From Candidatus Pacearchaeota archaeon (GTDB lineage: Archaea > Nanobdellota > Nanobdellia > Pacearchaeales > UBA284): 32,000 bases of DNA. Position 1 is the stretch's first letter. Each line of letters opens with the position of its first letter. The position numbers were made by a program, and so were the translations under genes. Positions 16,888 to 26,310 of the stretch are shown here, one piece after another. Location: positions 678,725 through 710,724 of the forward strand of contig CP061211.1 in assembly GCA_026016245.1 (NCBI GenBank). The letters are read 5' to 3'. The notes below the pieces were generated by a model. It did no database searches. It was not told where the DNA came from and worked only from the letters and a program-made list of their open reading frames with translations.

Positions 16888-18216
16888 ATGCCAGAAGATA
16901 TTATTATTGGAAGGAGTGAGGCTGATAAAAAAAGATTTGGTTCTGAAGCTTTGATATATCTAGGCAAGCATTTTGTGAAGATGGGCCAGATTACTAGTTT
17001 GAGTAATAAGATTATGATGGATGTTGCTCGAGCTCACATAGTTCTTGTGGCAGGAAAGAGAGGAAGTGGAAAATCATACACCTTAGGTGTTATTTCTGAG
17101 GAAATAAGTAATTTGCCTAGGGCTGTCAGTCAAAATATGGCTGTGCTGATTTTTGATACTATGGGAATTTTTTGGACCATGGCTTATAGGAATGAGAAGG
17201 AAAGGGAGTTGTTGAAAGAATGGAGGCTTGAGGCAAGGAAATTGGATGTAAATATTTTTGTTCCTTTTGGTTATGCTGAGAAATGGCGCGAGAAAGGAAT
17301 TCCTGTCACTAAGGAATTTGCTATTAAAGTTAGTGAGATTGAGGTTGATGATTGGATTTTGACTTTTGGATTGGATTTTATTGATCCTATTGCTATTGTT
17401 ATTGCAAGAAATGTTACTAAGTTAAGAGAAGGACTTGAAGAAGAAACTATCAGGGATTTTGATGTTGATGATATAATTAAAGCTATAAGGCTGGATAAAG
17501 ACGCTGGAAAAGATGAGAGAGATGCTGCTGTTAATTTATTTGGAGGGGCTAAGACATGGGGGATTTTTGCTTCTAAAAAACAGAAAGGAACCAAGATTTC
17601 TGAGCTGATAAGTGCTGGCAAAACTTCTGTTCTGGATTTAAGTGCTTATTCAAGTGTTGGAACTGTAAATATTCGCGCTTTGGTTATTGGCATTATTTCA
17701 AAAAAATTGTTTAAGCAAAGAATGACTGCAAGAAAACATGAAGAAATCGAGGCTGTCAGGCATGGTTTAGATTATTTATATTACAAGGAGAAGAGAGAGA
17801 TGCCAATGGTGTGGATTTGTATTGATGAAGGACACGAATTTCTGCCATTGACAGGCAAGACTGCTGCAACTGATGCTCTTATACAGTTGCTTAGAGAAGG
17901 AAGGCAGCCTGGCATAAGTTTGGTTATAGCAACTCAACAGCCTGGTCAAATCCATAAAGATGTTATGACGCAGTCAGATATTGTTGTAAGCCATAGAGTT
18001 ACTGCTAAACCAGATATAGATTCCTTGAATTATATAATGCAGACTTATTTGCTGGCTGATATTAAAACTTATTTAGATAATTTACCTCGGTTGAAAGGTT
18101 CTGCAATCATATTAGATGATAACAGCGAGAGGATTTATCCTATGAGAGTCAGGCCAAGATTCACATGGCATGGTGGTGAAGCCCCAACTGCTGTTAGAGT
18201 AAAAAAAAGAATTTGA
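16888..18216 (+). CDS. HerA-like (DUF87) ATPase
   Basis: Walker A LVAGKRGSGKSYT, Walker B WICIDEGHEF, sensor region LREGRQPGISLVIATQQP. Confidence 0.88.
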   Translation: MPEDIIIGRSEADKKRFGSEALIYLGKHFVKMGQITSLSNKIMMDVARAHIVLVAGKRGSGKSYTLGVISEEISNLPRAVSQNMAVLIFDTMGIFWTMAYRNEKERELLKEWRLEARKLDVNIFVPFGYAEKWREKGIPVTKEFAIKVSEIEVDDWILTFGLDFIDPIAIVIARNVTKLREGLEEETIRDFDVDDIIKAIRLDKDAGKDERDAAVNLFGGAKTWGIFASKKQKGTKISELISAGKTSVLDLSAYSSVGTVNIRALVIGIISKKLFKQRMTARKHEEIEAVRHGLDYLYYKEKREMPMVWICIDEGHEFLPLTGKTAATDALIQLLREGRQPGISLVIATQQPGQIHKDVMTQSDIVVSHRVTAKPDIDSLNYIMQTYLLADIKTYLDNLPRLKGSAIILDDNSERIYPMRVRPRFTWHGGEAPTAVRVKKRI

Positions 18217-18289
18217 GGAAGGGAATAGTTACTATTGTTTAATGACAATAAACGAAAAGTTTATAAGTTAGAAATTCTTATTTTTTCTG

Positions 18290-20422
18290 ATGGCAGAGTT
18301 AGAAAGTCTTTTTAATGGAAATGGAAAACCTCTAGTTAAAGGCATTAATTTCTCATTTAGTGATCTTCATCTTTTTGAAAAAGGTGAACCAAGATTATAT
18401 ATTGAGAAAAAGATACAAAGGCAAGAATTTCTACCAGTTATTTATGTAGAATATGCTCTTGAATTAGGTGAAGCTTTAAAAAGTCTTTTTAAAAGTATGG
18501 TTGGTAATTTTTCTACATGTATTAGTGATTTGGGTGAGAAATTAAGTAAGAAAGAAGAAAAATCAAGAAAAAAATATTCAAGGAGAGAAGAGCAGGAAGA
18601 ACAGCAAAGAAAAATAGATATAAAATTTGCTGGTAGAGTAAACCCACTATTTAATTTTAAATTAATCTGGCCTAAAGAAGAACTAGAATTTTTTGAAAAA
18701 ACAGCTTGGCAAGATAGAGATTTTAATGCTTTAGAAGAAGTTGTATCAGAGGTTAGGGGAACTAGGGGATATGATCTTGTAAAGGAACAATATATAAAAA
18801 ATATATTAGAAAAAATACCTCCTCAGGCTGAAGGAACTGAAAAAGCTAATATGGCTCTTCTTTCAATCGTCTCTCATGCTCATAATTATTTCAAAAAAGT
18901 TGAGAAAATGCTGAATGGCGTTCCTATGTGTAATAAAAACTTATTCAGATATAAAATTGCTTGTCCTATCTTAGAAGAAATTTTGGGAGAAAAAAATATA
19001 GAAGAGATTACAAAAAAATCTTCTTATTCCTATTTTTCATCCCCATTTTTTATAGTTTCAGGAAATGATTTTGAAATTTCTGATGTTATGCTTTACTTAG
19101 GAAAAGTGGATCCTATAAATTATTTGCTTATGGATAGAGAAGTTAAAAGAATTGTAAAACAGAAATTTAATGAAGAAGATTATTCTATTTTAGATGTATT
19201 TCCAGAAAGAGAGAAAAAAACAAGGAAAAATATTTTAAAAAGAATATTGGGTGAAGAATTAACAGAAATAAATAATGAGATGGAAACTTTTGCCAGAGAC
19301 CCAAGAATAGCAAGTAAAATCTTAGATACTATGTCTAGTGATTTAAAAAATAAAGGAATTAATGGAGAGGAAATAGAAAATTATATTTCTACATTGAAAA
19401 AGATCAAACAATCAGAAATTATTAATTTTCTTTCTGGTGTCATAGAAGAAACAAGCAGGGTGGAGAATAAAGAATTATATGAAAAAGGCTCTATTTATAT
19501 TATAAATAAAAATGCGCCGATAAGAAGGTCAAGAACAAAAGCTGTTTGCCAATCTACAGACATGAGGCATTCCCAATCATTTGATGATGAGAATAGGCAA
19601 CAGGTGATTGATGAAGTTCTAGGAGCTGGATCTATATTAGATAAACTTTTCAAAAGATATAGAATATGCAAGCATGATGTTTCATTGGGAGATGCAATAG
19701 AAGGAGTTGATATAACTGAATTCAAATACCTAAATACTCTTCTCTCACAACAAGATTTTTTTAGAGATCTAGAAAAATGGATGAAGGAGGGTAGGATTCC
19801 GAAATCATTAAGAGAAGAAGCAAAGTTTGGTAGCGTGATTTGTACTGGTGAAATATATGAAGATGATCTAAAAAAATACGTTAAAAATACTTGGAGTAAT
19901 TTAAGATATTTAACAGAATCTGGAAAGCCTGAGTCTGGGTTGATTATTAATGGTCAAAAGACCCGCTTTGAGAATACAGGCCTCATAGTTACTGGGGATT
20001 TTATAGATGGCCTTAAAAAGAACATTGAAGAAGTTGTAGGTTACATGAAGAAAGATGAATCCAGATGGATAGTCCCAGAACGTATAAGGTCTTGGTATGA
20101 AAATAAAATAAGAGAGATAAGAGCACAAATAAAAGACAAGAAACAGTTTGAGGGTATTAATCTTTATTTAACAGATGGTATTACAAATCCTATACAAATA
20201 CTAGAAGACCTAGGCAAGAGAATAAAAGAAGAGAGAAAAGAAGCTGAAATTTCTATGCTGGAAAATATCAAAATAAAATATTGGAGAACCCCTCTTTTAG
20301 AAACTATTTATCATCTAGGGCGTCCCATTAAAGGCAAGGGAGATTATGATATATATTTCATACCCATGGGTGAAGAGCAAAAGAAAGATTATAACAGGGT
20401 TCTTATATTCGGCGAGGTCTAG
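18290..20422 (+). CDS. Large soluble hypothetical protein, 710 aa
   Basis: Long intact ORF with TATA (gtttataagt) about 26 nt upstream; charged, mostly helical-looking; no recognised motif. Confidence 0.75.
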   Translation: MAELESLFNGNGKPLVKGINFSFSDLHLFEKGEPRLYIEKKIQRQEFLPVIYVEYALELGEALKSLFKSMVGNFSTCISDLGEKLSKKEEKSRKKYSRREEQEEQQRKIDIKFAGRVNPLFNFKLIWPKEELEFFEKTAWQDRDFNALEEVVSEVRGTRGYDLVKEQYIKNILEKIPPQAEGTEKANMALLSIVSHAHNYFKKVEKMLNGVPMCNKNLFRYKIACPILEEILGEKNIEEITKKSSYSYFSSPFFIVSGNDFEISDVMLYLGKVDPINYLLMDREVKRIVKQKFNEEDYSILDVFPEREKKTRKNILKRILGEELTEINNEMETFARDPRIASKILDTMSSDLKNKGINGEEIENYISTLKKIKQSEIINFLSGVIEETSRVENKELYEKGSIYIINKNAPIRRSRTKAVCQSTDMRHSQSFDDENRQQVIDEVLGAGSILDKLFKRYRICKHDVSLGDAIEGVDITEFKYLNTLLSQQDFFRDLEKWMKEGRIPKSLREEAKFGSVICTGEIYEDDLKKYVKNTWSNLRYLTESGKPESGLIINGQKTRFENTGLIVTGDFIDGLKKNIEEVVGYMKKDESRWIVPERIRSWYENKIREIRAQIKDKKQFEGINLYLTDGITNPIQILEDLGKRIKEERKEAEISMLENIKIKYWRTPLLETIYHLGRPIKGKGDYDIYFIPMGEEQKKDYNRVLIFGEV

Positions 20423-20498
20423 ATATTAAACTTAAAGAATAAAAATGTCATCACTCAAAAATAAAAAATTTTATAAGATAAAGAATATTAGTTAAAAA

Positions 20499-21917
20499 AT
20501 GGCAGATAAAAACGAAAACCTTTCAATAATAACCTCAAAAATTGTAGAGGCAGAAATAGGCTGTATTATAAAAACAAAGAAAGGAGATAAATACAGGTTA
20601 GTTGGGACAGCACCGATAACAAAAATAAAAAAAGATTCAACTTTTGGCCCTAGAATTATCGAAATAATAGCTTATAAAAAAGGGCAAAAGAAAGGAAAGA
20701 AGAAATTAGATAGAGATAGAGAAAAAGAAATGAAAAATGAAATTAACAAGATGACTGAAACACTATTTGGTAAAAGCTATGATTATAACAATGAAATCCC
20801 TCTTGATATTCTTTACGAGATGCTAGATAGATATAAGGTAGGTGCTCTTAGAGAATTTGATGAAACTGCAAGAAAAGAGATTTACAAAAAAATTGGGTGG
20901 TATGTAAACTCTAATCCAAATACTCGGATGCAGCACTGTAACAATGAAAACCCTAAAGATAAAATAAGTTTCTCTGAAATTAAAAATAATGATGAAGTTA
21001 AAGTTAGTACATATTTAACTTACGAACCTTATTATTCATTAGAAGACTGCCTTAGAGATATGGACTTGAGCGTGGAGAGTATATATGAAGTTATTGAAAA
21101 AAAAGAAAAAGACAATGATAAAGAAAGAGAAAGAAAATTTGAGGCAAAGAAGAAATTATATTGGAATAAAACAATAAAAGCATTGAGTAACAGGGAATTT
21201 CCTTTAAATCTTGCTTTAGTTCTTCTTTCTTATTCAACTAGTGAAAATATCAGAAGAAAAGCAAAAGAAAATCTTTTTTCATATATAAAGGATGATGTTG
21301 TAATAGATGGTCCAAGATCTAAACAAGATGCACAGCAACTAGATTTTACATTTACTAGGGGAAATGGTGATCATCAACTTGTGGTATATTGGTTAAAATA
21401 TCTGAAAGAAGGAAATCTTCTGAATTCAATTATTGGAAAAATTGCTGAAGATAAAAAGAAGTATCCTGGCGAAGATTTAGAGAGAAAAAAGAAAAGAATT
21501 TATGATCTCTATAATGCTCGTGAAAAAGAAACCTTATATGAAGTTAGTATCAGAGCTAGTGATGTGTTGAAACAGAAAATTATGATTGGAATGATTAAGG
21601 AGGGTGTTGATTATAACTTCTTGGATAGCGCTCTTTTTTCAGACTTATTTGTGTGGAAGGGTAAGAATGATAGAAGAATTATTATGTTGAGACCTTATGA
21701 TGAGAGTTATTTATCTGAACCAGTAAACTTAGATGAAAGGACTAGAAAACTTTCCAAAGATTTGGATAAGTTAAAAATAGAAACAGAGTTACGTAATGAA
21801 TACTACAAAATATTTAGGAATGTAGGTGTTGGAACACAGATAATTAGCGCAGAAGGGAAAGATCTAGTGGAAGTAAAAAATACATTCTTTAAATATATTA
21901 TTCCTTCTATTCTATGA
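20499..21917 (+). CDS. Soluble hypothetical protein, 472 aa
   Basis: Long intact ORF with TATA (attttataag) about 26 nt upstream; no recognised motif. Confidence 0.75.
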   Translation: MADKNENLSIITSKIVEAEIGCIIKTKKGDKYRLVGTAPITKIKKDSTFGPRIIEIIAYKKGQKKGKKKLDRDREKEMKNEINKMTETLFGKSYDYNNEIPLDILYEMLDRYKVGALREFDETARKEIYKKIGWYVNSNPNTRMQHCNNENPKDKISFSEIKNNDEVKVSTYLTYEPYYSLEDCLRDMDLSVESIYEVIEKKEKDNDKERERKFEAKKKLYWNKTIKALSNREFPLNLALVLLSYSTSENIRRKAKENLFSYIKDDVVIDGPRSKQDAQQLDFTFTRGNGDHQLVVYWLKYLKEGNLLNSIIGKIAEDKKKYPGEDLERKKKRIYDLYNAREKETLYEVSIRASDVLKQKIMIGMIKEGVDYNFLDSALFSDLFVWKGKNDRRIIMLRPYDESYLSEPVNLDERTRKLSKDLDKLKIETELRNEYYKIFRNVGVGTQIISAEGKDLVEVKNTFFKYIIPSIL

Positions 21918-21951
21918 GAAGATTTTTAAAAAAGAAAAACTTCTTCTATTT

Positions 21952-23220
21952 ATGCTTTGGACACATGTAGTATTGTATATTATTGCATATTTTGGCCTGT
22001 TTACAGCTAGTTTTTTTCTCTTGACTTATTTTGGAGGCAGAAAAAAAGAGCGTGATCCTGAACCAAAGCGTTTTCCTTTTGTTTCCATAATCATAAACAT
22101 GTGGAATGAGGAGAAAGCGATAGCTAGAACTATGAGATCTATACTTAACTTAGATTACCCAAAAAACAAGTATGAGATTATTGTTGTTGATGACGGTTCG
22201 ACTGACAGAACTTATGAGATAGCAAAATCTTATTCTGGATCTTTACCCCATGTTCGTGTATTTAAGAAAGAGAATGGCGGAGCAGCCTCAGCAAAAAATT
22301 ATGGTTTGAAAAAAGCTAGAGGAGAGATTATTGCTACTCTTGATGCAGATTCTTTTGTTTCAAAAGATGCCTTAAAAAAGATGGTGGGTTATTTTGAAGA
22401 TAAAGATGTATGGTCTGTTACAGCTGCTTTAAATGTTTACAAGCCCAAAAGATTCCTGCAACATTTACAGTGGGCAGAATACATAATGAGTATCTTTCTA
22501 AGGAAGGTTTTCAGTATAGCAGATGCTATCCATGTTATTCCTGGTCCTTTTTCCCTGTTCAGAAAGGAATTCTTCAAAAAGCATGGAGATTTTGATGAAG
22601 GTAATATAACAGAAGATACAGAAATAGCAATGCGCATACAGTCTTTAGAATATAAAATCAAGAATAGTGTAAGTGCAAACATCTATACTCTCTTACCAAG
22701 CACACTTGGCGGATTAATGAAGCAAAGAATAAGATGGTATTATGGTTTTATACATAATTCTTTACAATATAAACAACTTTTCAATCCAATCAGAAGAAGA
22801 GATAATCTTGCTGTTTTAATTCTTCCAGCAGCACTTATCTCAGTTGTTCTCTCAATTCTTGCTGTCTTCATATTCTTTTATGAAAATATAATTTTGTTGG
22901 AAGATAACGTAATAAGGCTTATGGTAACAGATTTTGATATTTTGCCTAGTTTATTGAGTATTGATTGGGGATATATCAAAGAATTTATTATTAGTTATGT
23001 TTCAAATCCACTTATTGCTTTTATTATAATTGGTATGGCATGCGCTGCTATGCTTATTATTTTAGGGAAAAAAGAATCAAAAGAGAAAAGAAAAATGGTC
23101 TGGGCTTTTGTTTCCTTTTTCCTTACTTACTGGTTTTTTTATGCTTCGTGGTGGATAGGAACTTTTATTTATCGTGGTGTTTTAAGAAGAAAAATTAAGT
23201 GGGGGCCCAGATATTATTAA
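21952..23220 (+). CDS. Membrane glycosyltransferase family 2 (processive type)
   Basis: VSIIINMWNEEKAIART, VVDDGSTD, DADS, TEDTEIAMR and QRIRW motifs; N- and C-terminal TM helices. Confidence 0.92.
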   Translation: MLWTHVVLYIIAYFGLFTASFFLLTYFGGRKKERDPEPKRFPFVSIIINMWNEEKAIARTMRSILNLDYPKNKYEIIVVDDGSTDRTYEIAKSYSGSLPHVRVFKKENGGAASAKNYGLKKARGEIIATLDADSFVSKDALKKMVGYFEDKDVWSVTAALNVYKPKRFLQHLQWAEYIMSIFLRKVFSIADAIHVIPGPFSLFRKEFFKKHGDFDEGNITEDTEIAMRIQSLEYKIKNSVSANIYTLLPSTLGGLMKQRIRWYYGFIHNSLQYKQLFNPIRRRDNLAVLILPAALISVVLSILAVFIFFYENIILLEDNVIRLMVTDFDILPSLLSIDWGYIKEFIISYVSNPLIAFIIIGMACAAMLIILGKKESKEKRKMVWAFVSFFLTYWFFYASWWIGTFIYRGVLRRKIKWGPRYY

Positions 23221-23227
23221 AAAGAAA

Positions 23228-23920
23228 ATGATAATTGGAAAAAGAGGTATAAGTCATTTTGAATTAATAACAGCGATATTAATTTTTATTTTTGCTATAG
23301 CTGTCATTGTTTATTTTATAAATACTGGTATGAAAATAGACACTTCACAAGCTGTTCTAGATGCTCTTGAAGCCAATCTTAAAGAAAATGCTGAAATTGA
23401 ATATGGAAAGATTTTATTGTTTGCTGATTCTGATGCAAATTGTTTTAATATTTCTCTTCATTCTGATTTAAGTGAGGATTTTCTTACTTTTATTAAAAAT
23501 GGGGATGGTGTTGCTTTTAATTTTTCAAATGGGTGGCTTTTAATAAATAATACAGGACAAAATCTTTACAAAATTTATTTTTTTCCTGTTAATATGACTA
23601 AAGATATAAGGTTAGAAGATGGAGAGTGTACTGAATTAACACAAGGCCAAGATTATAATTATAGCATAATATATCGTGGCAAAATTTTTACAGAAAAAAA
23701 TCTTTCACAGCTTGAAAATATGGATTATGGAAACTTAAAATCAATGTTTAATTTAGGAAATAAGGATTTTGAGATTAGAATTAATGCTTTAGATATTCAT
23801 ATTGGTGAGAAAATTCCGCCAGAGCAGGTTGAGGTTCAGGTAAGAGAGATTTTTGTGGATATTATTTTGGAAGATGGAACAATAATCAAAAAAGCAAAAA
23901 TAAATATGAAAGTTTGGTAA
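23228..23920 (+). CDS. Pilin-like (type IV prepilin-like) secreted protein
   Basis: MIIGKRGISHFELITAILIFIFAIAVIVYF: basic N-terminus, Gly, Glu at +5, then a hydrophobic helix. Confidence 0.6.
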   Translation: MIIGKRGISHFELITAILIFIFAIAVIVYFINTGMKIDTSQAVLDALEANLKENAEIEYGKILLFADSDANCFNISLHSDLSEDFLTFIKNGDGVAFNFSNGWLLINNTGQNLYKIYFFPVNMTKDIRLEDGECTELTQGQDYNYSIIYRGKIFTEKNLSQLENMDYGNLKSMFNLGNKDFEIRINALDIHIGEKIPPEQVEVQVREIFVDIILEDGTIIKKAKINMKVW

Positions 23921-23926
23921 AATAAA

Positions 23927-24349
23927 ATGTTGAAGAGAAAAGAGGGATGGATATTAATTGTTGAATCTGTTATTGCAATTATGATTCTGTTTGGTTTTCT
24001 TTTTACAACAATAGCCAAGCAGTCAGAACAGATAAAAGTTGTGGATAAGGGAGAGTATCTCTATAATGTAGTTAATGAACTTGCATTTAGAGCTGAAAAA
24101 AATGAAACAATAAGAAATTTTGCTCTAAAAGAAAAAAAAGATGAAGTTAAGTCATTATTAATCATTGAACTTAGTGAAATGAATGTTAAAGGAATAATCT
24201 TAGAATCAAAAATTTGTAATCCTGATGATGAATTTTGTGATATTCCTGTATCAGAAGATGTAGGGGATATTTATAGCTCAGAGATTATTATAGCTACAAA
24301 TTCAACAAGTTATGAGACAAAAAAATTAAAAATTTTTATTTGGGAATAA
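23927..24349 (+). CDS. Pilin-like (type IV prepilin-like) secreted protein
   Basis: MLKRKEGWILIVESVIAIMILFGFLFTTI: KRKEG then a hydrophobic helix with an early Glu. Confidence 0.6.
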   Translation: MLKRKEGWILIVESVIAIMILFGFLFTTIAKQSEQIKVVDKGEYLYNVVNELAFRAEKNETIRNFALKEKKDEVKSLLIIELSEMNVKGIILESKICNPDDEFCDIPVSEDVGDIYSSEIIIATNSTSYETKKLKIFIWE

Positions 24350-24365
24350 AAAATGAGGAATAAAA

Positions 24366-24788
24366 ATGAAGAAATATGAATTTCTCGAGCATACAGCTGA
24401 TGTTTTTATAGTTGGAAATGGCAAAACATTAGAAGAGGCTTTTCAAAATTGCGCACTTGGTTTGAGTCAGTATATGGTTAATCTGGGGGATGTTGAAAAG
24501 AAAATTCAGAAAAAAATTATGGCTAAGGGAACTGATTTAAAATCTCTTCTTGTTGAATTTCTAACACAATTTCTGATTTTACATGATTCAGAAAATCTTG
24601 TTTTTTCATCTATAAAAGTAACTAAATTTGATGATAAGAATTTTGAAATCGAGGCTATTATTGAGGGAGAGGAATTTGATCCAGAAAAGCATAAACAAGG
24701 AACTTTAATTAAGGCAATAACATATCATGAGCTTGAGATTAAAGAAAAAGAAGGCATTTATTCAGTAAAAGTCTTAGTGGACATATAA
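24366..24788 (+). CDS. Archease
   Basis: MKKYEFLEHTADVFIVGNGKTLEEAFQNCALGLSQYMV...KAITYHELEIKEKEGIYSVKVLVDI. Confidence 0.95.
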   Translation: MKKYEFLEHTADVFIVGNGKTLEEAFQNCALGLSQYMVNLGDVEKKIQKKIMAKGTDLKSLLVEFLTQFLILHDSENLVFSSIKVTKFDDKNFEIEAIIEGEEFDPEKHKQGTLIKAITYHELEIKEKEGIYSVKVLVDI

Positions 24789-24792
24789 TAAG

Positions 24793-26247
24793 ATGGAAAT
24801 TAAGTTAAAGAAAATTTCAGATATTGAATGGGAAATACCTAAAGGCACAATCCAAGGGATGAAGGTTCCAGGAATTGTTTTTGCTTCTAAAATACTTCTT
24901 GAAAAAATGAAATTAGATAAGACATTGCAGCAGACAGCAAATGTAGCAACTTTGCCTGGCATCTATAAACATGCAATTTGTTTGCCAGATGGTCATGAGG
25001 GATATGGTTTTCCTATAGGAGGGGTTGCTGCTCTGGATTTCAAGGAAGGAGGTATTTCTCCTGGAGGAATTGGTTATGATATAAATTGTGGTGTTCGTTT
25101 GCTGAGAACTAGTTTGACTGATAAAGAGATTCATGAAAAATTAAAAGAGCTTGTTATGGCTATTTTTAGAAATGTTCCTTCAGGATTAGGTTCAAAAGGG
25201 AAGGTTAGATTGAGAAGCAGAGCTGAATTAGATGAAGTTTTGAAAATAGGTGCAAGATGGGCAGTTGAAAAAGGTTATGGATGGAAAAAAGATTTAAAAC
25301 ACTTAGAATCAGAAGGCGAACTTAAGATAGCAGAACCAAGATATGTTAGTGATACTGCAATAAAAAGAGGCTTGCCCCAACTAGGAAGTCTTGGTGCTGG
25401 TAATCATTTCTTAGAAATCCAAAGAGTGGGCGAGATTTTTGATGAGAAGACAGCAAAAGTCTTTGGTATAGAAAAAAAAGATCAGATTACTATTATGATT
25501 CATTGTGGTTCTCGTGGATTGGGACATCAAGTGTGTACAGATTATTTGCGTGAGATGGAAAAAACATTTCCAGATATTCTTAAAAAACTGCCTGACAGAG
25601 AATTGATATATGCCCCAGCAGGATCAGAACTTGCTGATAGATACTTGAAGGCAATGAGCTGTGCTGCAAATTATGCATGGGCAAACAGACAGATGATAGT
25701 ACATCAGATAAGAGAATCTTTTGAGAAAGTTTTTAACAGAAGTGCTGAAGATATGGGCATGGATATTATTTATGATGTTGCTCATAATATCGCAAAAATC
25801 GAAACTCATAAAATAAATGGAAAGGATGTGAAGGTTTATATGCATAGGAAAGGTGCGACAAGGGCTTTTGGCCCAGGACATCCAGAGATTCCTTCAGATT
25901 ATCAAAAAGTCGGCCAGCCTGTTTTACTTCCAGGATCAATGGGAACAGCTTCTTTTGTTTTGGTAGGTTCAAAAACTGCTATGGAAAAAACTTTTGGCTC
26001 AACAGCACATGGTGCAGGAAGATTAATGTCAAGACATTCTGCACTAAAACAATTTAGGGGAGAGGAAATAAAAAAGCAGTTGGAAGAAGAGAAAAAAATG
26101 TTTATCAGGAGTGCGTCTTGGAAAGGAATTGCTGAAGAAGCACCAGGAGCTTACAAAGATGTTGAAGAGGTTGCAAGAGTCAGCCATAAGGCAGGCATTG
26201 GAAATCTCGTTGTAAGATTAAGGCCAGTAGGAGTTGTAAAAGGTTGA
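24793..26247 (+). CDS. rtcB: RNA-splicing ligase RtcB
   Basis: CLPDGHEGYGFPIGGVAALD, GGIGYDINCGVRLLRT, GNHFLEIQ, HCGSRGLGHQV, HRKGATRAFGPGHPEIP. Confidence 0.97.
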   Translation: MEIKLKKISDIEWEIPKGTIQGMKVPGIVFASKILLEKMKLDKTLQQTANVATLPGIYKHAICLPDGHEGYGFPIGGVAALDFKEGGISPGGIGYDINCGVRLLRTSLTDKEIHEKLKELVMAIFRNVPSGLGSKGKVRLRSRAELDEVLKIGARWAVEKGYGWKKDLKHLESEGELKIAEPRYVSDTAIKRGLPQLGSLGAGNHFLEIQRVGEIFDEKTAKVFGIEKKDQITIMIHCGSRGLGHQVCTDYLREMEKTFPDILKKLPDRELIYAPAGSELADRYLKAMSCAANYAWANRQMIVHQIRESFEKVFNRSAEDMGMDIIYDVAHNIAKIETHKINGKDVKVYMHRKGATRAFGPGHPEIPSDYQKVGQPVLLPGSMGTASFVLVGSKTAMEKTFGSTAHGAGRLMSRHSALKQFRGEEIKKQLEEEKKMFIRSASWKGIAEEAPGAYKDVEEVARVSHKAGIGNLVVRLRPVGVVKG

Positions 26248-26266
26248 GAGTTAAGAAATAAAAATC

Positions 26267-26285
26267 AAAAAAATTTATATAGCAT
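26267..26285 (+). promoter_or_regulatory. TATA-containing upstream element shared with the second paralog (copy 1)
   Basis: AAAAAAATTTATATAGCAT, identical 19-mer at 28772..28790. Confidence 0.6.
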
Positions 26286-26310
26286 ATTTGCCCTTTGTTA
26301 TTATAAAAAG

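Noticed and set aside
17271-17621. 116-aa minus-strand ORF
   Set aside because: Antisense to the HerA-like ATPase; Ser/Ile-rich shadow frame.
16888-20422. Calling the HerA neighbourhood a defence system outright
   Set aside because: No effector domain can be recognised in the 710- or 472-aa proteins, so only a hypothesis is justified.
24774-25972. Minus-strand ORFs 24774..24962, 24913..25134, 25624..25881 and 25766..25972
   Set aside because: Antisense to or overlapping rtcB, whose active-site motifs are unambiguous.
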